Source: Candidatus Ozemobacteraceae bacterium (GTDB lineage: Bacteria > Muiribacteriota > Ozemobacteria > Ozemobacterales > Ozemobacteraceae). From it: DNA of 64,000 nt. The position numbers were made by a program, and so were the translations under genes. Of this stretch, positions 9,414-17,161 are shown one piece after another (position 1 is the stretch's first letter; each line of letters opens with the position of its first letter). Below the pieces are notes generated by a model. The model was not told the DNA's origin. It was given only the letters and a program-made list of their open reading frames with translations, and searched no databases. The stretch lies in contig OZ223236.1 of assembly GCA_965140445.1 (NCBI GenBank), positions 4,096,001-4,160,000 on the forward strand, read 5' to 3'.

Positions 9414-10927
9414 AATTTCATAAAATTGAAGGCGAAACATTTTTTGAAGCCACGATTAAAGCAGAAAACCAATTTGGAAAAGGCAATTTTGAAGTTATTA
9501 CTTCCCAAAAAATTAGAAAATCAATCTATTGTGGCTTTGGCCACAAAGAAATGGTTGAGTTAACCATTGGTGTAAAACTTGACTCTCAAAGACTTGGCGG
9601 CATTTCTACAGAGGCCCCTACCCGACCATCTCCATCGATTGAAGTAAATTTAAACAGTACTGCAGAACGCCCCCATAATTATTCGCCATATTTAGTTGAA
9701 GAAATTCGCTCCGAACCTCAAATTAGTGTCCCGATCCCTCCCCCGCCTCTCAGGCACGAACGAAGCATTCCCCGCAACATAGGGTTAAAAGCTTATGGAG
9801 CTCAGGGTGGCGCAAAACCTCATTCAAATATGCGGGCAGTTCATGGCTTGAGAACGAATCAAGAAGGGACGTCATCCCCAAAATCCCAGAGAATTTCTAA
9901 CGATGGGATAGAGGCAGTCGAAATTGAATCATTCCTTGAAGGTCTTATAAATCTAAAGGAAACAAGAAAAAGACAAGACAAGATATTGAACTCTGCCAAA
10001 AATACCAAGCAACCATTAGCCATGGACACATTTGCAGAACAAAAATTACAGGCTTTAGAAAAGCAATTGAATGATGTCTTTAGCATGGTAAAACAGCTTA
10101 ACAGCACATCTGAAAAGGTGATTAACAAGTCTGTTCCCGAATTACCCGAAGGCATCATACGAATCAAAGAAAAATTACTTTCACTTGAAACTCCAACCGA
10201 AATTGCAAATCAGATAATCAGTTCAATTCAGGAACAGTTACCTTTGAACGCTTTAAAATATGGTGAAGAAGCTTGTCTGGCCACTTCAGAATGGCTCCAG
10301 GAAAGATTGAGATTTTCTCCCGAAATTAGTTTTCCAAAACAAGGCCCAAAAATCATTATGCTTATTGGGCCAACAGGCGTTGGCAAGACAACCACAATAG
10401 CTAAAATTGCTGCAACTTACGGGCTCGTAAAAAGAAAGTCCATAGCATTATTTACTCTTGATACATACAGAATCGGCGCGGCTGATCAGCTTGGCAACTA
10501 TGCTCAGATTATTGACGCTGAAATGGAAGTTATCTATAAACCAGATGAAGTTGCCCCCGCCTTAAAAAGGCATGCCGACAAAGATTTGATAATAATCGAT
10601 ACCGCTGGAAGATGTCAGAAAAACGTTTCAGAACTTGACGAGCTTGGCGCTTTTATGGAAAGATTTCCAAAACCAGAAAGATTTCTTGTTCTGTCTGCCA
10701 CTTCAAAATTCACAGACATGATGGATGTTGTAAACAGATTTGGAAAGCTTTGTTTTGAACATCTAATCTTTTCCAAAGTTGATGAAACCAATACTGTTGG
10801 ACCATTGCTAGCCGTTTTATACAAAACCGGTAAATCTCTAGCTTTTATAACTAACGGACAGGCTGTTCCAAATGACATTAAGCCTGCTGATTTCAAATTC
10901 TTTGGGAGTCATCTGCTACCATCATAG
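9410..10927 (+). CDS. flhF: Flagellar SRP-family GTPase FlhF
   Basis: GPTGVGKTTTIAK, DTYRIGA, DTAGR, SKVDET, TNGQAVP. Confidence 0.95.
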   Translation: MKFHKIEGETFFEATIKAENQFGKGNFEVITSQKIRKSIYCGFGHKEMVELTIGVKLDSQRLGGISTEAPTRPSPSIEVNLNSTAERPHNYSPYLVEEIRSEPQISVPIPPPPLRHERSIPRNIGLKAYGAQGGAKPHSNMRAVHGLRTNQEGTSSPKSQRISNDGIEAVEIESFLEGLINLKETRKRQDKILNSAKNTKQPLAMDTFAEQKLQALEKQLNDVFSMVKQLNSTSEKVINKSVPELPEGIIRIKEKLLSLETPTEIANQIISSIQEQLPLNALKYGEEACLATSEWLQERLRFSPEISFPKQGPKIIMLIGPTGVGKTTTIAKIAATYGLVKRKSIALFTLDTYRIGAADQLGNYAQIIDAEMEVIYKPDEVAPALKRHADKDLIIIDTAGRCQKNVSELDELGAFMERFPKPERFLVLSATSKFTDMMDVVNRFGKLCFEHLIFSKVDETNTVGPLLAVLYKTGKSLAFITNGQAVPNDIKPADFKFFGSHLLPS

Positions 10928-11083
10928 CGAAAGTTCTTAATTTGCACACACTAAAAAACAGCTACCAATCAGGAATAACTAATTTTTTTCAAATTAATTA
11001 CCCTTTTTCACTTGTTTTCCTGTATAATATCGTACTCAAAACAGTTAGTCGCTGTCTGAACCAAGTACATGCCGAGGCACTAG

Positions 11084-13342
11084 ATGGACATTGATCTATC
11101 GCAATATATGGGGATGTATGTCGATGGTTCGCGCGAGAACCTAGACATGATGGACAAGTTCCTGCTAGCGCTGGAACAGGATCCCACAAATCTTGAGGCC
11201 GTAGGAGAAATATTCCGAGCGGCCCACACCCTTAAGGGTATGTCTGCAACCATGGGTTTTGAAAAGGTTGCAGAGTTGACGCATGAAATGGAAAACATAC
11301 TTGATCAGTTGCGAAATCGCCATGTTCAAGTTACTCCAGCCGTTATTGACGTCCTTTTTGAAACATTTGACGTTCTTAGAGTATTGGTTAACGATAGTAT
11401 CGAAGCCACAGATTCTAAAGTAGACGTAGAACTTATCATAACCAAAATCAATGCAGCCGCCCAAGGGAAAGCAGCTCCAAAGCCTGAAGCTCAACAAGCT
11501 GTTGTTGAGGAAGCCCCGGCCGAAGTTGCCAGTCCCGAGAGCAATTTAGCAACGCTTCTTTCTGACTTTACAATAAACGAGTTTGAAACCCAGGTTCTGG
11601 AAGAAGCCAGCCAGCATGGCACCAAAATCTTTTTGATGATTGTGACTCTGGTTCCAGACTGTTTGTTAAAAGCTCCGAGAGCTTTTATGGTAGTTCGAAA
11701 TCTTGAAGAACTCTCCTGCGACATTATTAAGTCTGTCCCTGACACAAAAGATATTGAAGAGGAAAAATTTGATTTATCCTTTAAAATGGTTATCATCGGG
11801 GAATCTGACGAAAACGAAGTTAGAAATGCAATTGAATCAATTTCAGAAATTGATACGGTTGAGATTACCAGATTACAACCATCGGATTTTAATCAGGCAC
11901 CAGCAAAAATTACAGTTAAGGCACCTCCAGAGCAGCCACAGGCTCCTGTAAAGGCTGCCCCTCCTGTTCAAAACGTTGCTCCACAACCGGTAGCCCAAGC
12001 TCCAGCTAAGCCCGCCGCGCAAAAAGCACCAGCTCAGGCTCCTGCGGCACAACCGCCTGCTGCTCCACAAGCACCAAAGCCACCAGCCCCTCCGGCTCCA
12101 CCGGCACCACCCAAGAAGCCATCCCCTGCCAATCAAGCCAAGCAAACAGATCGCAGATCAAGTCAAACAGTCAGAGTTGATATGCGAAGGCTGGATGAGC
12201 TGATGAATCTTGTAGGTGAACTTGTAATCAATAGAACGCGACTACAGGATATTGGGGCGGCTCACAAACTAAAGGATTTAAATGAAACGCTTACTAGAGT
12301 AGACCAGATCAGTTCTTCTCTTCAAAATGTTGTTATGCAAGTAAGAATGGTTCCTATTGAGCAGGTTTTTGACAGATTCCCACGAATGGTAAGGGATCTT
12401 TCTAAAAAACTTAATAAGAAAATCAATCTTGTTGTTGAGGGCAAAGAAACTGAGATGGATAGGACCGTTATCGATGAGATTGGTGATCCAATGGTCCATC
12501 TAATCAGAAACTCTATTGATCATGGAATAGAATCCCCCGAAGAAAGGGTTTCAAAAGGCAAACCAGAAGCTGGCACAATTACTTTAGTCGCTCGCCACGA
12601 AGGTAACAATGTAATAATTGAAGTAAAAGATGATGGTAAGGGGGTAGATCCTTCTATCATTGGAAGATTAGCCGTTGAAAGAGGTCTTTTTACTTCAGAT
12701 CAAATAGCTCAAATCCCTCCAGAAGAAATTATAAAAATTATTTTCCTCCCCGGTTTCTCTACGGCTCAAGAAGTCAGCGATATTTCTGGGCGTGGAGTTG
12801 GGATGGATGCTGTTAAAGCTAAATTGGAAGATCTGAACGGTCAGTTGGATATCGAATCTAAAGTTGGCGAAGGCTCACGAATTATAATTAAGCTACCACT
12901 AACTCTGGCCATCCTTCCCGCGTTAATGGTTAAAGTTGGACCTGAAATGTTTGCAATTCCGCTAGGTTCTGTTCAAGAGACAATGGACATAACCAAACAT
13001 GACATAAATATTGTCCAGCATCAGGAAGTTACCTTATTGAGAGGCGATGTACTTCCTATCATAAGGTTGCGTAATGTTTTAAAGGTTCCGACCACCCCTG
13101 AAGAACAAAAAATTCTTGACGAAAAGGAAGAAGAAATCTCAATTGTTGTATGTTCTTCTGGAGAAAAAAGAGCTGGTTTTATGGTCGACGAGCTTCTTGG
13201 GCAACTCGAAATTGTTATTAAGTCGTTAGGAAATCTACTTGGCGGTTTACCAGGAATTATGGGAGCAACAATGCGCGGTGATGGTAGTATCGCTTTGATT
13301 CTGGATATTCCATCTTTCTTTGAGAAGGGACAAAAGCGGTAA
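11084..13342 (+). CDS. cheA: Chemotaxis histidine kinase CheA (P1-P2-P3-P4-P5)
   Basis: FRAAHTLKGM (P1 His), TVRVD...LMNLVGEL, HLIRNSIDHGIE, SGRGVGMD, C-terminal CheW-like P5. Confidence 0.98.
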   Translation: MDIDLSQYMGMYVDGSRENLDMMDKFLLALEQDPTNLEAVGEIFRAAHTLKGMSATMGFEKVAELTHEMENILDQLRNRHVQVTPAVIDVLFETFDVLRVLVNDSIEATDSKVDVELIITKINAAAQGKAAPKPEAQQAVVEEAPAEVASPESNLATLLSDFTINEFETQVLEEASQHGTKIFLMIVTLVPDCLLKAPRAFMVVRNLEELSCDIIKSVPDTKDIEEEKFDLSFKMVIIGESDENEVRNAIESISEIDTVEITRLQPSDFNQAPAKITVKAPPEQPQAPVKAAPPVQNVAPQPVAQAPAKPAAQKAPAQAPAAQPPAAPQAPKPPAPPAPPAPPKKPSPANQAKQTDRRSSQTVRVDMRRLDELMNLVGELVINRTRLQDIGAAHKLKDLNETLTRVDQISSSLQNVVMQVRMVPIEQVFDRFPRMVRDLSKKLNKKINLVVEGKETEMDRTVIDEIGDPMVHLIRNSIDHGIESPEERVSKGKPEAGTITLVARHEGNNVIIEVKDDGKGVDPSIIGRLAVERGLFTSDQIAQIPPEEIIKIIFLPGFSTAQEVSDISGRGVGMDAVKAKLEDLNGQLDIESKVGEGSRIIIKLPLTLAILPALMVKVGPEMFAIPLGSVQETMDITKHDINIVQHQEVTLLRGDVLPIIRLRNVLKVPTTPEEQKILDEKEEEISIVVCSSGEKRAGFMVDELLGQLEIVIKSLGNLLGGLPGIMGATMRGDGSIALILDIPSFFEKGQKR

Positions 13343-13402
13343 GCGCCAAAATATGAATAATTTTTCATCGGAAACTATTATCGTTTACAAGGAGGTTTTG
13401 GG

Positions 13403-14974
13403 TTGAACCTGGATCTATCTGAATATATGGGAGCCTATATTGATGGTTCAAGAGAGAATCTTGATACCATGGATAAGTCCCTGCTTAGTCTAGAGCAAAA
13501 CCCTGCAAACCTGGATGCTGTAGAAGAAATTTTTCGTGCCGCCCATACCCTAAAAGGCATGTCAGCTACCATGGGATTTGAGAAAATAGCTCATCTTACC
13601 CATGAAATGGAAAATATTCTTGATAAATTAAGGAATCAGCAGATACCTGTTACAACCGAAGTTATCGATGTTATATTTGAAACATTCGATGTTCTGCGCA
13701 CACTTGTTAACGATAGTATTGAAGCTACAGATTCTAATATTGATTTAACTGATATTTCCGCCAAGCTTACTTCATTGGCTTCAGGGCAAAGCACTGGCTC
13801 TGCTCCACAAGCCCCATCTTCAAGCTCGCCTAAGGCAAGTCCAGCTGCCGCATCAGGCTCAAGTGAATCAGGAACCATGTCCGACCTTGCAGAATTAGAT
13901 ATATCTGCATATGAGATTACTGGACTTGAAGAAGCAGGAGAAAGAGGACAAGCGGTATTTCTTTTAAAGATCTCCCTTGTTGCAGATTGTCTACTCAAAG
14001 GGCCACGAATCTTTATGATTCTGCGAACCCTTGATGACTTTGAATGCGATATAGTTAAGTCCTCTCCTGAAGTTAAGGATCTTGAAAATGAGAAATTTGA
14101 CAGATCATTTAAAATGGTTTTCTGTTCAAGCCGATCCCTGGAAGAAATAAAAGAGGGAATAGATTCTATTTCTGAAATTGAATCTGTAGAACTACAAATC
14201 CTGGACTTAAGCAAGGATGGTGCTTCAGCTTCAGCCTCACAACCACAAGCCATTGTAGAAAAGCCGCCCATAGTTGAGCAAGTTGAGGCTCCTGCTCCGC
14301 CTGCTCCACAGTATTCTGCGCCAGCGCCGGCAGCCCCACCGCCTCAAGCTCCTCCTGCAGTGCAAGCTCCATCTGCTCCAGCAGCTCCTGTGGCACCTCC
14401 TCCGGCTCCACAGCCTTCATCTGGGCAAGGTGGCGGCGGAATAATCATGCCTCCTTCTGCTCCTGACGCTTCAGAGCACTTCTCTCAAGGGTTTGAAAAC
14501 GAAGAAGACGCAGATGATGTAAAAGAAATAGTAGAGTTTGTTCAGCTTGTTACTTTTAATATTGCCGGTGAAATTTACGCCCTGGAAATTAAAAAAGTTG
14601 AAGCAATCATCAATATGGTTCCTATAACAAGGGTTCCGAAAGCTCCTGCACACATTGACGGAGTAATTAACTTACGCGGAGAGATTGTTCCTGTTATTAA
14701 CACCAGAAGACGCCTTTCTCTTGAAAACCTTGAAAAGAAAGAAGCCAAGCAAATAATAATATTGGCCTTTGAAGACGAAAAAGTTAAAGCAGGCTTTCTT
14801 GTAGATAGTGTTAGAGAGGTTATTGGAGTCCCTGAAACATCTATAGAACCACCCACGAGAGTTTCTGAAAGCGTTGAGGTTGAGTATTTAAAAGGCGTTG
14901 GAAAAGTAGATAATAAAATTATAATTCTGCTCAATGCTCACAGAATTGTTTTTGGCAAAAAGAAAGAAGAATAA
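13403..14974 (+). CDS. Hpt(P1)-P2-CheW fusion protein with no kinase domains
   Basis: N-terminal ~270 aa is paralogous to CheA P1/P2, including FRAAHTLKGM. Pro/Ala linker. C-terminal CheW domain QLVTFNIAGEIYA...PITRVPKAPAHIDGVINLRGEIVPV. TTG start with SD aaggagg. Confidence 0.88.
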   Translation: MNLDLSEYMGAYIDGSRENLDTMDKSLLSLEQNPANLDAVEEIFRAAHTLKGMSATMGFEKIAHLTHEMENILDKLRNQQIPVTTEVIDVIFETFDVLRTLVNDSIEATDSNIDLTDISAKLTSLASGQSTGSAPQAPSSSSPKASPAAASGSSESGTMSDLAELDISAYEITGLEEAGERGQAVFLLKISLVADCLLKGPRIFMILRTLDDFECDIVKSSPEVKDLENEKFDRSFKMVFCSSRSLEEIKEGIDSISEIESVELQILDLSKDGASASASQPQAIVEKPPIVEQVEAPAPPAPQYSAPAPAAPPPQAPPAVQAPSAPAAPVAPPPAPQPSSGQGGGGIIMPPSAPDASEHFSQGFENEEDADDVKEIVEFVQLVTFNIAGEIYALEIKKVEAIINMVPITRVPKAPAHIDGVINLRGEIVPVINTRRRLSLENLEKKEAKQIIILAFEDEKVKAGFLVDSVREVIGVPETSIEPPTRVSESVEVEYLKGVGKVDNKIIILLNAHRIVFGKKKEE

Positions 14975-15013
14975 AAAAAATCCCCCGATGTTAAACCGGG
15001 GGATTTTTTTTTT
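14973..15013. terminator. Bidirectional intrinsic terminator
   Basis: A-tract, TCCCCCG...CGGGGGA stem, T-tract, between convergent genes. Confidence 0.9.
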
Positions 15014-15014
15014 A

Positions 15015-16217
15015 CTAGTTTTTAATTGCTAAAATCCTTGAAGCTGTTTTTCTAACCATGTCGTTTTCATCCTGAGAAACCGACTTGGCATAGTCAATAA
15101 TTGAAGAATTAATCGGGAGTTTTGCCAAAGCTTCAAGGGCATTGAGTCTGTTAAACCAGATATCATCTTTTAAAAGGGTTTTGAGAGGGATTTCTGCATC
15201 AGCAAATCCAAGATCGCCTAAAGCATCTATGCTGAAGAAAAGAGCATCCCTGTCCTTTAAAATTTCAATCAAAGGCTTGATAAACTCTTCCTTTTTCAAT
15301 TGTCCCATGGCGCGAATAAGATTGATCTTCTCCTGTTTTTCAGCAGTTTTTAATCTTTCGATAAGCGCATCAGGATTTAGATGGCCCACCTTTGACAATC
15401 CTTCGACAGCAGCGGCGCGAACTTGTAAGGACTCGTCCTTTAACATTTTTATAAGAGGAGCAATTGCTTTCTCTGTTTCAGTATGCCCAAGAGCCTCTGC
15501 AACTCTTTTTCTAAGGAACCACTCTGGATTATTCACATGTCGTGCTAAAACTTCTACTGCATCAGAGTTTGCAACCTTTCCTAAACCATAAATGCAATAT
15601 AAACCACGCTCAAGCGGATTTGTATCCAATTCCTCTGCAAATAATCTTACTGTTTCTGAGTGGCGAGTTTCAGATAAATACTTTAAAACCCACATCTTTC
15701 GATCTGGAGTTAATGACCTGTACTTGGTGAGAAAAAATGGAACCAGGCTTTCGTGCCTTTCTAACAAGTATTTAATACTTCCATAGAGGACGGTTTCATC
15801 CTTGTAAGTCAGGTAAAAACCTCCCAGCACATCATCTACAACCTTACCTTTCTCAAATGCAGATATGGCTTTCACTGCTGGCAAAGCCAATTCATTAACT
15901 CCGCTCTTTATTGCTTTTTCTAATTGCCCTAATGCTTTTGAATATTTGACTTCACCAAAAATATTTGCAATTTCAACGAAGCTTTTAGGTTTTTCAAAAT
16001 TGATATTTTTATTCAAGAAGTCTAATCCAGACTCACCGAGATGGTTTATAAAAAGATTAGAGACTAAGCTGATTCCAATCACATTACCTGATTCAAACAC
16101 TTCAATCAAGGCAAAAAGCTTTTCTGGATCAGCCTCTGGCTGCAATTCTGGTAATATTTCAGATAAAAATCTATCCTGGCCACTAAGGGCGTTTTCAAGC
16201 AATTTTTCAAAAGACAT
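15015..16217 (-). CDS. HEAT/PBS-lyase repeat protein
   Basis: Repeated units such as WFLRKRVAEALG...AIAPLIKMLKDESLQVRAAAVEGLSK. Confidence 0.88.
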   Translation of the reverse strand: MSFEKLLENALSGQDRFLSEILPELQPEADPEKLFALIEVFESGNVIGISLVSNLFINHLGESGLDFLNKNINFEKPKSFVEIANIFGEVKYSKALGQLEKAIKSGVNELALPAVKAISAFEKGKVVDDVLGGFYLTYKDETVLYGSIKYLLERHESLVPFFLTKYRSLTPDRKMWVLKYLSETRHSETVRLFAEELDTNPLERGLYCIYGLGKVANSDAVEVLARHVNNPEWFLRKRVAEALGHTETEKAIAPLIKMLKDESLQVRAAAVEGLSKVGHLNPDALIERLKTAEKQEKINLIRAMGQLKKEEFIKPLIEILKDRDALFFSIDALGDLGFADAEIPLKTLLKDDIWFNRLNALEALAKLPINSSIIDYAKSVSQDENDMVRKTASRILAIKN

Positions 16218-16234
16218 CTAGTTCTCCTGAACCC

Positions 16235-16642
16235 TTAGTTTGGTGTAGAAGTTGGGCCTTCATATTTTTCAATAGTGAATTCTTCTCTACCCACAACTTT
16301 ACCATCAGCCGAAAATTCAAAGGTATACACTCCAGGTCCCGGGAAAGCAAAATTGTTTAAAACAATCATGGATCTTGCAACAACACCTGGTTGCCCCTGT
16401 ATTGGCGCGGTTGGTTTAACATTAGGAATTTCAACGCCAGCGGGAGGAATAATGTTCAAAGTAACATTAACCTTGCCGACCAATTCTCCCCATTCAATAA
16501 ACAGGCAAAGCTTTGGAAAAGGCAAAGGGAATTGCTGTACTAATAACTTTGAGCCCAAAACTCCCATAAGGCTAACTCTTCCGCCTACTTCCTGACGAAT
16601 ATCTTCACAAACAAGAACACATTTATATTTTAAATCTGACAT
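16235..16642 (-). CDS. Conserved hypothetical beta-sandwich protein (DUF6941-like)
   Basis: LVCEDIRQEVGGRVSLMGV...FPGPGVYTFEFSADG pattern. Confidence 0.65.
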   Translation of the reverse strand: MSDLKYKCVLVCEDIRQEVGGRVSLMGVLGSKLLVQQFPLPFPKLCLFIEWGELVGKVNVTLNIIPPAGVEIPNVKPTAPIQGQPGVVARSMIVLNNFAFPGPGVYTFEFSADGKVVGREEFTIEKYEGPTSTPN

Positions 16643-16649
16643 TTCTAAA

Positions 16650-17081
16650 TCACCTTTCAGTTATTTGTTTTCCTTTAGATCTTCTTGAATCTAAATATCC
16701 CTGCAAAATTACAGATGCTGCCACAGCATCTTTAACCTCTTTTCGCTTCTCTCTATTCAATCCGGAAGCGACTAGAGATGCCTCGGCAATTTTTGTGGTA
16801 AATCTTTCATCCACAAAATCTATCGGCAAATCAGTCTTTTCTGCAAGCTGGTTTTTAAAAGCCCTTGCCCTTTGGCAAGATTCTCTTTCCTGGCCATCAA
16901 AGGAAATTGGCAACCCAATTACAATTCCATGAATTTCTTCGTGGTCAATTATTTTTAAAACATCCTCGATAGCTTTCTTTCCAGCTTTAACAATTGAGTG
17001 CGGAGAGGCTGCTATTTCAAGCCCATCACATGTTGCAACACCAATTCTCTTGTGTCCAACGTCAAGTGCAAGAAATTTCAT
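16650..17081 (-). CDS. yqgF: YqgF/RuvX pre-16S rRNA nuclease
   Basis: LALDVGHKRIGVA, VIGLP, VDERFTT, DAVAASVILQGYL; downstream of alaS. Confidence 0.95.
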   Translation of the reverse strand: MKFLALDVGHKRIGVATCDGLEIAASPHSIVKAGKKAIEDVLKIIDHEEIHGIVIGLPISFDGQERESCQRARAFKNQLAEKTDLPIDFVDERFTTKIAEASLVASGLNREKRKEVKDAVAASVILQGYLDSRRSKGKQITER

Positions 17082-17117
17082 TTTACCCCTTTATTGTAAA
17101 AACAATTGTTAATAGCT

Positions 17118-17145
17118 ATTCCGGGCACAATTCTGTGCCCGGAAT
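17118..17145 (-). terminator. Stem-loop between alaS and yqgF (terminator or mRNA-stability hairpin)
   Basis: Perfect inverted repeat ATTCCGGGCACA-attc-TGTGCCCGGAAT with only a weak U-tract. Confidence 0.55.
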
Positions 17146-17161
17146 CATTTAGTTAGTTTAA

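Noticed and set aside
10928..11083. Sigma28 promoter upstream of cheA
   Set aside because: GCCGAGGC lacks a properly spaced TAAA. A TATAAT is present at 11023 but has no convincing -35.
13403..14230. Second CheA N-terminus as an assembly duplication or cheA pseudogene
   Set aside because: The DNA is diverged at synonymous sites, the ORF is intact with a strong SD, and it ends in a complete CheW domain.
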